The translations under genes were made by a program, and so were the position numbers. The notes under the pieces are model-generated. The model was not told the DNA's origin. It made no database searches and saw nothing but the letters and a program-made list of their open reading frames with translations. A stretch of 24,000 bases of DNA, from positions 279,906 to 303,905 of the forward strand of contig CAWFTU010000024.1 in assembly GCA_963818725.1 (NCBI GenBank), in the 5' to 3' direction. The DNA is from an uncultured Pseudomonadota bacterium. GTDB lineage: Bacteria > Pseudomonadota > Alphaproteobacteria > Acetobacterales > Acetobacteraceae. Shown in pieces: positions 1 through 8,633 of the stretch (its first letter is position 1; each line of letters starts with the position of its first letter).

Positions 1-353
1 GCGTGCGCACGTTCCTTGGCGGCTCTGGCAACACGGAGACAGGATGTCGACGGAAGGCCATGCGAACGCCGATTTAGCCTATCCGGTGGCTGCCCACGGT
101 TGCCTCCCGTATTCCTTTGCAACCGCGGTCTGCGGTCTCGATTTCAATAGCATCAAGCACAATGAGGTATTGCGCAAGCGCAAACTCACGCGCGAAACTG
201 CTGCGGGTCCGCGCCTGCGGCCGTCGGGTCGAGCACCGCAGGACCGTCCAGACCTTGACTTTGATCATGTCAACCACCTTGTAAGCCTCGATCGACCAGT
301 TGGAACGTCTCCAGCGGATTCATCGAGCTCTGCATTCCATGCAGGAGAGACAT

Positions 354-727
354 ATGTTCCTTACACATGCGAGATATCTCGGCCGAGCCTGACGCTGCCG
401 ATTGCCTGCCTGGGCTTGGCACTTGGGCTTGGGGGCGCTGCGTACGCGCAGCAGCAGCAACCCCGCAATCCAGCTCATAACACCGCCAGATGTAGTCAGA
501 AATCGGATTCGGAGCAGTTGGGCAACGCCGACCAACTTCCGTCGCAGCGGGCTGATCAGGAGCAGGCGGGCTCCGGCTCGTCCTACAAGCCGCAACGGAC
601 GCAGGGCTTGCCGCCAGGATTGTACGCGCAAGCGCAACCGCATCCGACTTTCCCGCAGGATCAATCGCGGACGGCTTCAAACGGGCGCTCTGGCGCCGCG
701 TCTTCGACCAACGGCCCCTGCGGCTAA
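354..727 (+). CDS. Candidate small secreted Gln/Pro-rich protein; start unresolved, possibly frameshifted near 378-383
   Basis: The 3' part of track ORF 44-727 encodes a Sec-signal-like segment (SRPSLTLPIACLGLALGLGGAAYA then QQQQ, with an A-x-A cleavage motif) followed by a low-complexity Q/P/S-rich tail. Third-codon positions there are mostly G/C. No in-frame ATG/GTG lies near the signal segment. A strong AGGAG (343-347) plus ATG (354) sits in a different frame and opens only a 12-codon ORF (MFLTHARYLGRA, stop 390-392). A GC-rich hairpin follows the stop at 745-775. No family recognised. Confidence 0.25.
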
Positions 728-744
728 GCCTCGACGTTCAGCGC

Positions 745-775
745 AGCCGGCGCCCGCCGGGGCGGTGCGCCGGCT
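745..775. terminator. GC-rich hairpin between convergent ORFs; possible bidirectional terminator, no U-tract
   Basis: AGCCGGCGC (745-753) pairs with GCGCCGGCT (767-775). The intervening CCGCCGGGGCGGT can extend the stem (CCGC/GCGG). It lies 18 nt after the stop at 727 and 75 nt beyond the DegP stop at 850. No T-run on either side, so function is uncertain. Confidence 0.3.
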
Positions 776-849
776 AGCCCTCGCAGGTGCGGGACGACCG
801 ACACTTGCATATGCGACCAAGCCCGCGGATGCCCGGCGAGCCGACGTCG

Positions 850-2259
850 CTAGGGTCTGATCTGCAAGGCCCGCCACTCCGGTCCGGGGCGGGTCTGCTT
901 CTGCGGCATCACCAGCAGCAGCGCGAACTGCCGGTGCGCGGCGCGCGCCGCGTCCAGCGCGGGGACAAAGTCGACCGGCGCGTGCATGACGCGGTCCTGC
1001 ACCCGCAGGATCGCGTCGCCCGCGACCCACCCGCGCCAGGCCGCGTCCGTGCCGGGCGCGACCGCGGTGACAAGGATACCGGGCACTTGGGGGCCGAGGT
1101 GGAGCCTGACGCGCGGCGCATCGAGCAGCGGCGCCACGGTCAAGCCGAGGTCGGGTGAGATGGCCTGCGTCACCTTCACCGGCGCGATCGGTGCGTCGAA
1201 GCTCTCCCATTGCTGGCGCGGCCACTCGCCCACCGTCGCCGCGACCTCCTTCGTCTCGCCCCCGCGCAGGACTGTGAGATTGACGCGGGTGCCCGGCGCG
1301 GTCCCGGCGATGTCGCGCAGCAGGGCGCGCTCGTCGCTCGGCGGCGTCCCGTTGAAGTCCAGCACGATGTCGCCAACCTGCAGGCCGGCCGCCGCCGCGG
1401 CCCCACCCTCGGTGACGTAGGCCACGATCGAGCCGCGCGGCTCCCCCATCCCCAGCGCCGCGGCCATCTCCGGGGTGATCTGCTGCACCTTGAAGCCCAG
1501 CCAGCCGGGGCGCAGCCAGCCGAAGCGGCGCAGCTGGCCAATGACGAAGCGCGCGTCCGCCGCCGGGATCGCGAAGCCGAGCCCGGCCGAGCCGGCGGTC
1601 GGCGAGATGATGGCGGTGTTGATGCCGACCACCCGCCCCTGCATGTCAAACAGCGGCCCGCCGGAATTGCCGTGGTTGATGGGCGCGTCGGTCTGGACGT
1701 AGTCGTCGTAGGGCGTCTCCATGATGTTGCGGTTGAGCGCGCTGACAATCCCGCCCGTGACCGACAACCCCACCCCGAGCGGGTTGCCGATCGCCAGCAC
1801 CGGGTCGCCGACCCGCACCGCGTGGCTGTCGCCCCATTGCGCCGCCTTCAGCGGCGCGGGCGGCGCGACCTCGAGCAGCGCGATGTCGGCCAGGCGGTCG
1901 GCGGCGGCGACCTTCGCCGCGAGCTGGGCGCCGTCGGAACACGTGACGACGATCTCGTAGGCGCCGTCGATGACGTGGTAGTTGGTGACGATCTCCCCCT
2001 TGGGGTCGATGACGAACCCCGACCCGAGCTGGCGCTTCTGCTCGGACGACGACAGGCCGGGACCCGTCGCGCCCGCCATCTGCGGCGCGGGGGTCTTGGC
2101 CACGACCAGGGCGGTGACGTTGACCACCGTCGGCAGCAGGCTGCGCACCAGGCCCGAGCGGTCGAACTGCATCTCCTGCGCGCCCGCCGGCGGGGCGCCG
2201 GCGAGCAGGCAGGCCAAGAGCCAGGTCAGGAGAACTGAAAACCGCATATGTCCACCCAT
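850..2259 (-). CDS. DegP/HtrA (Do-family) periplasmic serine endopeptidase with PDZ domains
   Basis: 469-codon ORF. Signal-peptide-like N-terminus (MRFSVLLTWLLACLLAGAPPAGA), then trypsin-fold triad motifs TNYHVIDGA (His), ADIALLEV (Asp) and HGNSGGPLF (Ser). Two C-terminal PDZ-like segments (GWLGFKVQQITPEMAAALG..., GILVTAVAPGTDAAWRG...GDAILRV). Start is ATG 2259 or the ATG at 2247 (MRFSVLL), which has a purine-rich GGGTGGA just upstream. Confidence 0.9.
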   Translation of the reverse strand: MGGHMRFSVLLTWLLACLLAGAPPAGAQEMQFDRSGLVRSLLPTVVNVTALVVAKTPAPQMAGATGPGLSSSEQKRQLGSGFVIDPKGEIVTNYHVIDGAYEIVVTCSDGAQLAAKVAAADRLADIALLEVAPPAPLKAAQWGDSHAVRVGDPVLAIGNPLGVGLSVTGGIVSALNRNIMETPYDDYVQTDAPINHGNSGGPLFDMQGRVVGINTAIISPTAGSAGLGFAIPAADARFVIGQLRRFGWLRPGWLGFKVQQITPEMAAALGMGEPRGSIVAYVTEGGAAAAAGLQVGDIVLDFNGTPPSDERALLRDIAGTAPGTRVNLTVLRGGETKEVAATVGEWPRQQWESFDAPIAPVKVTQAISPDLGLTVAPLLDAPRVRLHLGPQVPGILVTAVAPGTDAAWRGWVAGDAILRVQDRVMHAPVDFVPALDAARAAHRQFALLLVMPQKQTRPGPEWRALQIRP

Positions 2260-2467
2260 CTAGCAAGCCTCCGCCGCGGCCACGTATGATCCGAAGTCAG
2301 CGACCTCCGATTGTGCGTGGACTCTGCCGCGGCCCGCTCAGAGCTTTCCTCGCTCGACGCGATTTCACCGAATACAATCCCAATGAGCCGGGCATTGAAG
2401 GTCGCCCAAGGCGCGCGCTTTCGCAAGGCCGCCTCCCATGATCGCGCCAGGCCACGACAGGCCGGTA

Positions 2468-5400
2468 TCAGTGCGGACCCCGCACCGACACCGGGCTCCG
2501 GGGCGCCATGGTGCCGAGCGTGGCGTCTTCCGACTCCCCCCGGATCGGCCGCCGCCGGCTTGGCCGGGCGACCCAACGGGCGAGCACGTAGAACACCGGG
2601 GTGAACAGCAGCCCGAACAGTGTCACGCCTAGCATCCCGGCGAACACCGCCGTACCGAGGGACTGCCGCATCTCGGCGCCGGCGCCGGTCGCGACCGCCA
2701 GCGGCACGACACCGAAAATGAAGGCGAGCGAGGTCATCAGGATCGGACGCAGCCGGGTGCGCGCCGCCGCCACCGCCGCCTCAAAGCGCGTCATCCCTTG
2801 TTCCTCGGCCTGCTTCGCGAACTCCACGATCAGGATCGCGTTCTTCGCGGCGAGGCCGACCAGCACCACCAGCCCGACCTCGACCAGGATATTGCGGTCG
2901 AGCCCGCGCGCGTTCACGCCGAGCATCGCGGCGAGGATGCACATCGGCACGATCAGCACCACGGCCAGCGGCAGCAGCCAGCTTTCGTACAGCGCCGCAA
3001 GCAGGAGATAGACGAACACGACGGCGAGCCCGAAGGCGACGATCGCGGTGTTGCCCGCGAGCTTCTCCTGAAGCGCAATCTCGGTCCACTCGAAGCCGAA
3101 CCCCGGCGGCAGCCGTTCGCGGGCGATCGTCTCGACTGCCGCGATAGCCTGCCCGGTCGAAAAGCCGCGGTTAAGGGTGAGCTGCACCTCCGCCGCCGGA
3201 TAAAGGTTGTAGCGTGGCACTCGGAACGGACCGGTGGTATCATGGAAGCTCGCCACTGCTCCGATCGGCACCATGTCGCCAGCGCTGTTGCGCGTCTTGA
3301 GGTTCTCGACATCACGCAGGGTCAGGCGAAACTGGTTGTCCGCCTGGGCATTCACCTGGTAGGTGCGGCCCAGCAGATTGAAGTCGTTGATGTATGCCGA
3401 GCCCATGTAGGTCGACAGCGCCTCGAACACGTTGTCGATCGGCACGCCCAGCAGCTCGGACTTCGTGCGGTCGATGTCGGCGTAGACCTGCGGCGTGTGG
3501 GTGTTGAACAATGTGAAGGCCTGGCCGAAGCCCGGCGTCTGCGCCGCCGATCCCGCGACGATCCAGGTGGCCTGTTCCAGCGCCGGCAGCCCGCGGCCGG
3601 CGCGATCCTCCACATAGCCCTTCAACCCGCCCCCCGTGCCGATGCCGGGAACCGGCGGCGGATTCAGCACGATCGGGAAGGCATCGGACAGTTGGAACAG
3701 GTGCTGCTGGACATCGGCGTGGATACGGGCAGCGGTCAGCCCGCGCGGCACGCGGAACTCGAAGGGCTTTAGGGACACGAAGATCACGCCAGTGTTCGGC
3801 GCGTTGGTGAAGGTCGCGCCGTCGAACCCGACGAACGCCACCGAGCTTTGCACCCCAGGCCGCTCTAGGATGATCTCCGAGGCACGGCGGATCACCGCGT
3901 CGGTGCGGCTCAAGGAGGCGCCGGGCGGCAATTGGAACGCGGCGATCAGGTAGCCGCGATCGAGCTGCGGAATCAGCCCTGTCGGGGTCTTCGCCAAGCG
4001 GTCATACGCAAGGTAGATCAGCCCCGCATAGACCACCAGCACGACCACGCCAAGCCGTACGAGGCGGCGCGTGAGTGCGCCGTAACCGGCCGACAGGCGG
4101 TCGAATGCCCAGTTGAACCCCGCAAAGAACCAGCGCAACGGGGCCGACAGGCGCCGCAGCAGCGTGGGCCGCGGCGCGGGCTCGTGCGCCTTCAGCACGA
4201 TCGCGGCAAGCGCCGGCGACAAGGTGAGCGAGACGAAGCAGGAGATGACAGTCGCCGCGGCGATGGTGATCGCGAACTGACGGTAGAACGAACCTTGCAG
4301 CCCGCTGATGAACGCCGTAGGGATGAACACGGCGCACAGCACCAAGGCGATCGCGACCAATGCGCCGCCGACCTCGTCCATCGTCTTGTGCGCCGCCTCT
4401 TTCGGCGACAAGCCCTGGCGCAGGTAGCGTTCGACATTCTCCACGACCACGATGGCGTCATCGACCACGATGCCGATCGCCAGCACAAGGCCGAACAGCG
4501 ACAGCGTGTTGAACGTGATGCCGACGGCCTCCATGACCACGAAGCAGCCGATCAGCGAGACCGGGATGGCGACAACCGGAATGATCGCCGCCCGCCAGGT
4601 CTGCAGGAACACGATCACCACGACGGCAACGAGGAGGATCGCTTCGTACAGGGTCCGGATCACCTCGTTAATCGATTGCTGGATGAACTCGGTTGGATTG
4701 TAGACCACCGTGTAGTCGACGCCCGACGGGAAGGTTCTTTTCGCCTCCTCCATTGCGTGCTTCACCGCGGCGGCGGTGGCCAGCGCATTGGAACCGGGCC
4801 TCTGATAGATCACGATGGCGGTCGCCACATCCTTGTTCAGGTAGGCGTTGATGGTGTAGTCCTGAGCCCCGAGTTCGACGCGCGCGATGTCGCGCACGCG
4901 CACGTAACCGCCCCCTGGGTCGGCGCGCACGACGATATTGCCGAACTGGTCGACGTCCGTCAGCCGCCCCAGTGTCTGCACCGAGAGCTGGAATGCGCCC
5001 GGCGAGGCCGCCGGGGGCTGGTTGATCGCCCCCGCTGCCACCTGGAGGTTGGCCGCACGCAGCGCGTTCACCACGTCGCCCGCGGTCAGGCCGCGCGCCG
5101 CCACCTTGGCGGGATCGAGCCAGATCCGCATCGCGTAGTCGCGCGCCCCGAAGATGTTGACGTCGCCCACGCCGTCGACGCGGGCCAGCGCATCCTTGAT
5201 GTGCAGGGTCGCGTAATTGGAGATGTACTGCTGGTCGCGGCTGCCGTCCGGCGAGATCATGTGCACGACCATCATCAGGTCGGGCGAGGCCTTCCGCACC
5301 GTCACGCCGAGGCGGCGAACGTCGTCGGGCAGCCGCGGCTCCGCCACCGAGACCCGGTTCTGCACCAGCACCTGAGCCGTATCGATGTTGGTTCCCGGCT

Positions 5401-5689
5401 TGAACACCACGTCGATCGACAGGGTGCCGTCGCCGACGGACTGCGAGGTGACGTACAGCATGTTGTCGACGCCATTCACCTCCTGCTCGATCGGAGTCGC
5501 CACCGTCGCGGCCAGAACTTCGGCCGATGCGCCCGGATAGGTCGCGCGGATGTTCACAGTCGGCGGCGCGATCTCCGGGTACTCAGAGATCGGCAGGCTC
5601 TGCTGCACGATCGCGCCCGCAATGATCAGCAGCAACGACAGGACCGTCGCGAAGATCGGCCGGTCGATGAAGAAGTGCGAGAACCGCAT
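2468..5689 (-). CDS. RND multidrug efflux pump, inner-membrane permease (HAE1 / AcrB-MexB-like)
   Basis: 1073-codon ORF. N-terminus MRFSHFFIDRPIFATVLSLLLIIAGAIV...LPISEYPEIAPPTVNIRATYPGASAEV is the canonical HAE1 start. Proton-relay region is GIVVDDAIVVVENVERY. It has large periplasmic loops and a repeated 6+6 TM layout. ATG 5689 is preceded by GGGAG with a 6-nt spacer. It lies 35 nt downstream of the adaptor gene. Confidence 0.95.
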   Translation of the reverse strand: MRFSHFFIDRPIFATVLSLLLIIAGAIVQQSLPISEYPEIAPPTVNIRATYPGASAEVLAATVATPIEQEVNGVDNMLYVTSQSVGDGTLSIDVVFKPGTNIDTAQVLVQNRVSVAEPRLPDDVRRLGVTVRKASPDLMMVVHMISPDGSRDQQYISNYATLHIKDALARVDGVGDVNIFGARDYAMRIWLDPAKVAARGLTAGDVVNALRAANLQVAAGAINQPPAASPGAFQLSVQTLGRLTDVDQFGNIVVRADPGGGYVRVRDIARVELGAQDYTINAYLNKDVATAIVIYQRPGSNALATAAAVKHAMEEAKRTFPSGVDYTVVYNPTEFIQQSINEVIRTLYEAILLVAVVVIVFLQTWRAAIIPVVAIPVSLIGCFVVMEAVGITFNTLSLFGLVLAIGIVVDDAIVVVENVERYLRQGLSPKEAAHKTMDEVGGALVAIALVLCAVFIPTAFISGLQGSFYRQFAITIAAATVISCFVSLTLSPALAAIVLKAHEPAPRPTLLRRLSAPLRWFFAGFNWAFDRLSAGYGALTRRLVRLGVVVLVVYAGLIYLAYDRLAKTPTGLIPQLDRGYLIAAFQLPPGASLSRTDAVIRRASEIILERPGVQSSVAFVGFDGATFTNAPNTGVIFVSLKPFEFRVPRGLTAARIHADVQQHLFQLSDAFPIVLNPPPVPGIGTGGGLKGYVEDRAGRGLPALEQATWIVAGSAAQTPGFGQAFTLFNTHTPQVYADIDRTKSELLGVPIDNVFEALSTYMGSAYINDFNLLGRTYQVNAQADNQFRLTLRDVENLKTRNSAGDMVPIGAVASFHDTTGPFRVPRYNLYPAAEVQLTLNRGFSTGQAIAAVETIARERLPPGFGFEWTEIALQEKLAGNTAIVAFGLAVVFVYLLLAALYESWLLPLAVVLIVPMCILAAMLGVNARGLDRNILVEVGLVVLVGLAAKNAILIVEFAKQAEEQGMTRFEAAVAAARTRLRPILMTSLAFIFGVVPLAVATGAGAEMRQSLGTAVFAGMLGVTLFGLLFTPVFYVLARWVARPSRRRPIRGESEDATLGTMAPRSPVSVRGPH

Positions 5690-5724
5690 GCGGCGCTCCC
5701 GAGGGAGGTGGCGACGAGGCCGCC

Positions 5725-6987
5725 TCAGTTGGCGGCTGGCTTGCCGGCGGGTTTCGACTGGGTGCTGATCGTCACCGCGGGTGGCTTCATATCAGGAGGC
5801 TGCGGAGCGGCCGGCGTGCTCTCAACCGCCTTGATCTCGCCCGGCTGCGGCTGGACCGTGGCGCCTGGGCGAACAAATGGATTTGCCAGGCCACCGATGA
5901 TCACCTTGTCGTTCGCCGCGAGGCCGCCCGTCACCGCGCGCAGCCCGAGTGCGATACCAGCAGGCGTGATCGTCTTCGGGACCACCTTGTTGTCGGAGGA
6001 GAGCGTGTACAGGATCTTTTGCGCCTGGTCGGATACGATCGCGGCGTCTGGCACGAGCAGCACGTCCTCGTAGCCACCGAACAGGCGCAATCGCCCGAAC
6101 GTTCCCGGCGCGAAGAAGTAGTCCTTGTTGTCGAACACGGCGCGGCCGCGGATCGTGCCCGAGCGGGCATTCACCTCGTTGTCCACGAAGTTCATATGGC
6201 CCGTGTGGGTCCATTCCGCCTCATCGGCAAGCCGCACCTGAACCGGGTTCTGGGTGTCCCGCGAGGAGTGGCGCTGACCACTGGCGTTCAGGCGGGCGTA
6301 GCGGATGTAGTCGGCCTCCGAGCCCTCAAACACGAAGTGGATCGGATCAAGGCTGACAATGGTAGTCAGCAGGGTGGCGTCTCCGGTGCCGGAGACCAGA
6401 TTGCCGACATCCACCTTACGATCGGAGATGCGGCCAGGGATCGGGGCGACAACGCGGGTCCACTCCAGGTTCAGTTCGGCGTTACGCAGCGACGCCTCAG
6501 CCGACATCTCCTGGGCTCGGTCGACCTCCAGGGTGGCCCGGCGCTGGTCCAGGTCGCGCGCTGTCGTGGTCGCCGTCTTGACCAGTTCCTGGGCCCGCGC
6601 GAAGTCGACCGTGGCCTGATGCACCTGAGCCTGGGTGCGCACCACGTCCGCGCGGGCCTGCTCAACCGCGATCTCGTAAGGGCGCGGATCGATGGTGAAC
6701 AGCAGATCGCCCTTCGCCACGATCGCCCCATCCGTGAAATGGATCTGGGCGATGTAGCCTGAGACACGCGGCCGCACCTCCACGCGCTGCACCGCCTCGA
6801 ACCGCCCCGTGAACTCGTCCCACTGGACAATGCGCCGCGCGAGCGGAGCGGCGACGGTGACGACAGGTGCCGGCGGGCCGCCCTGCGCGGCCGCGCCATC
6901 CGGCCACGCAAGCAGAGCGAGGGCGAAGGCGGCCAATGAAGCGGACAGCCAAGCGGCCGTACGGCACGGCGCAGGGCGCATTCTCAT
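5725..6987 (-). CDS. RND efflux periplasmic adaptor (membrane fusion protein, AcrA/MexA-like)
   Basis: Signal-like N-terminus (MRMRPAPCRTAAWLSASLAAFALALLAWPDGAAA). Lipoyl/hairpin motifs VRPRVSGYIAQIHFTDGAIVAKGDLLFTIDPRPYE, a coiled-coil segment, beta-barrel and MP domains, and a Pro/Ala/Lys-rich tail. Track ORF starts at 7014, but ATG 6987 has AAGGAG 6 nt upstream, so it is preferred. Confidence 0.9.
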   Translation of the reverse strand: MRMRPAPCRTAAWLSASLAAFALALLAWPDGAAAQGGPPAPVVTVAAPLARRIVQWDEFTGRFEAVQRVEVRPRVSGYIAQIHFTDGAIVAKGDLLFTIDPRPYEIAVEQARADVVRTQAQVHQATVDFARAQELVKTATTTARDLDQRRATLEVDRAQEMSAEASLRNAELNLEWTRVVAPIPGRISDRKVDVGNLVSGTGDATLLTTIVSLDPIHFVFEGSEADYIRYARLNASGQRHSSRDTQNPVQVRLADEAEWTHTGHMNFVDNEVNARSGTIRGRAVFDNKDYFFAPGTFGRLRLFGGYEDVLLVPDAAIVSDQAQKILYTLSSDNKVVPKTITPAGIALGLRAVTGGLAANDKVIIGGLANPFVRPGATVQPQPGEIKAVESTPAAPQPPDMKPPAVTISTQSKPAGKPAAN

Positions 6988-7157
6988 GGACTGCTCCTTC
7001 CCGTTCAATTGCATCGCAAACGGGCGGCGTCAAACGGGAGGCACTCGCCTCCGTGGGTCAGGCGGATACTGCATCACGAATTTGATTTCTTGCAAGTGCT
7101 TCGCCACCTAGCCAGTTGTCCGGGGGAAGACGCGTGATCCGCCGATCTTCAGATTTC

Positions 7158-7787
7158 TCATTGTGCGTCCTCCGCCGTCGGGGCGCGCGCGGGCAGGAAG
7201 AACAAGACCGGCACCGCAAGCTGTAGCGCGACCGACACCGGCACCGAGACCTGTGCCGCCACCATGGCGGCGAAGTAGAGCGCTGGACCGAGAAGACTCC
7301 GCCGCAATGACGCGTTCGCGAGGGCGCGGTACTCCGGCTTGAACAGCTTTGCGTGCCGCGTGGCGTACCAGCGCATCAGTGAAAAAGACGAGGCCGTCAG
7401 GAACATGGCAATGCTGAGGAGCGTCGCCGAAGCCGACCGGTCGGGATAAAGCCCGAGCAGGGCGGTCGGGAAAGGCGTGAAGGAAATCACCAGCAGGAAC
7501 AGCCCGTTGAGCCAGAGCAGCCCGCGATCCGCATTGGCAAGCTGACCGAACAGATAGTGGTGCGAGACCCAGAACACGAGCACGAAGAAGAAACTCAGCG
7601 CCCAGGCGCCCAGCATCGGCAGTTGCTGGATGAGCGCCTGCCACAGCGCCGCGTTGCCGTCAGCGACGTGCTCCGGGATTTTTATGTTGAGCACCAGCAG
7701 GGTTATGACGATCGCGAGCACGCCGTCGGAGAACGCCTCCACCCGGCCAGTCTCGGCCTCTCCGCTGCGCAGAATGCCGCGCCGCAT
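7158..7787 (-). CDS. TMEM175 / DUF1211-family membrane protein (putative K+ channel family)
   Basis: Contains the family signature RVEAFSDGVLAIVITLLVL in the first TM helix, followed by about 5 more hydrophobic helices. The track start at 7811 is a TTG. The first ATG (7787, MRRGILRSGE...) is taken as the start; the start remains uncertain. Confidence 0.8.
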   Translation of the reverse strand: MRRGILRSGEAETGRVEAFSDGVLAIVITLLVLNIKIPEHVADGNAALWQALIQQLPMLGAWALSFFFVLVFWVSHHYLFGQLANADRGLLWLNGLFLLVISFTPFPTALLGLYPDRSASATLLSIAMFLTASSFSLMRWYATRHAKLFKPEYRALANASLRRSLLGPALYFAAMVAAQVSVPVSVALQLAVPVLFFLPARAPTAEDAQ

Positions 7788-7821
7788 TGTCTCAGGGCTC
7801 CGCCAGGGCAAGAAGATACAT

Positions 7822-7838
7822 CCGGCTCGACAAGCCGG
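7822..7838 (-). terminator. Putative intrinsic terminator after the reductase/Hsp31-like gene pair
   Basis: On the minus strand, CCGGCU-ugucg-AGCCGG (6-bp stem, 5-nt loop) begins 28 nt after the TAG at 7866-7868. It is followed by the U-rich AUGUAUCUUCUU. The stem is short, so confidence is moderate to low. Confidence 0.35.
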
Positions 7839-7865
7839 GCGCGCCGACGTGATCGAACATCGCGG

Positions 7866-8633
7866 CTACTCCCCAAGCGCCCGGATCAGGGCCTCGGCGG
7901 TCTCCATGCCGGAAAAATTCTGCTGTTCGGTGAGCAGGTTGCCGTCGCGGACCGCGAAGCCGCGCCACAGTCCCGCCTGGACATAGTTGGCGCCGATGCG
8001 CCGCATCTCATCCTCGATGCGCCAGGGCATTACGTTCCTGTTGCGCGGCAGCAGACCCATGCTCCAGACCGCGTTGTCCGCGAACGCCTCCTCCACATTG
8101 GCGAAACCAGTGACCGTCTTGCCGGCCGCCAGATAGCTTCCGTCGGACAGCTTCGCATAGCGGAGGATGGCGACCCCGTGGCACAGCGCCGCGGCGAGCT
8201 TCCCCGCCTCGTAGAACGCCACGAATGTCCGGTGCAGCCCGGTGGCGGTTTCCAATCTAAACATCGGCGCCTAGCCGCCAGCGACCATGATCGCGTCGAA
8301 ACGGTCCAACACGATCTCGGACACGGGCTTCGTGCTCTCGACCAGCGCGGCAAGGTTCGGCGTCGCGATGAACCCCATGCTGATGAGGTCGGAGGACGAG
8401 TAGCCGGACGCGTCGCGCGGGTCGCTCATCGCGTCGGCCTCGCACCGGCCGCCGGCGGGGCTGAATACCTCGACCTCATAGCCCTTCTCGGTGAGCGCGA
8501 AGTAGGGGTGCGTCAGCTCGCTCCACCAGAAGCCGACTGGCCAGCCGGTCGTGGTCGAGACCGCCGGGTTGGAGATCACGATGGCGACGCGTTTGGGCCG
8601 CTTGGCGACGGGATTGGCGTCCTTGAGGCTCAT
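7866..8633 (-). pseudogene. Hsp31/DJ-1/PfpI-type class-I glutamine-amidotransferase-fold protein, interrupted by an in-frame TAG at 8271-8273
   Basis: N-terminal half is MSLKDANPVAKRPKRVAIVISNPAV...GWPVGFWWSELTHPYFALTEKGYEVEVFSPAGG...DAIMVAGG. Then comes TAG, then in the same frame APMFRLETATGLHRTFVAFYEAGKLAAALCHGVAIL (nucleophile-elbow Cys-His)...TGFANVEE...LLTEQQNFSG. Frame continuity was checked base by base: GGC GGC TAG GCG CCG ATG. ATG 8633 overlaps the upstream gene's TGA (ATGA). Confidence 0.8.

Noticed and set aside
44-353. The 5' part of ORF 44-727 (+), the opposing ORF 74-277 (-, MVDMIKVKVWTVLR...), and a possible minus-strand gene start at 61 (MAFRRHPVSV...) running off the left edge.
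   Set aside because: No recognisable motifs. Both strands show similar, only moderate third-position GC bias. GC3 collapses between about 230 and 380 in the plus frame. The edge fragment is only 20 codons. None can be supported as a gene from sequence alone.
2338-2368. SigmaE-type promoter upstream of degP. TCTGA is on the minus strand at 2338-2342, with a GTGAAAT element at 2362-2368.
   Set aside because: The -35-like element is a poor match to GGAACTT. The spacer is about 19 nt, longer than I expect for this promoter class. The evidence is not sufficient.
3932-6073. Long antisense ORFs opposite well-supported genes. Examples: 3932-6073 (+, 713 aa), 16526-18091 (+, 521 aa), 7557-8855 (+, 432 aa), 18830-20044 (+, 404 aa), 12206-13363 (+, 385 aa), 1210-2238 (+, 342 aa), 2798-3772 (+, 324 aa), 23040-23930 (-, 296 aa), and the many Arg/Pro/Gly-rich ORFs in alternative frames.
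   Set aside because: These are typical shadow ORFs of GC-rich DNA. Their translations are low-complexity (R/G/D/H/P/A-rich) with no motifs. Each lies opposite to or out of frame with a gene whose translation carries unmistakable family signatures.
8271-8273. Programmed read-through or recoding (amber suppression, pyrrolysine) at the TAG in the Hsp31-like gene, and programmed frameshifting at the helicase or MetE-like lesions.
   Set aside because: No slippery heptamer, downstream stimulatory structure or pyl-type context is visible. The lesions sit at a plain codon and in simple C/G runs. Mutation or sequencing error is the simpler explanation.
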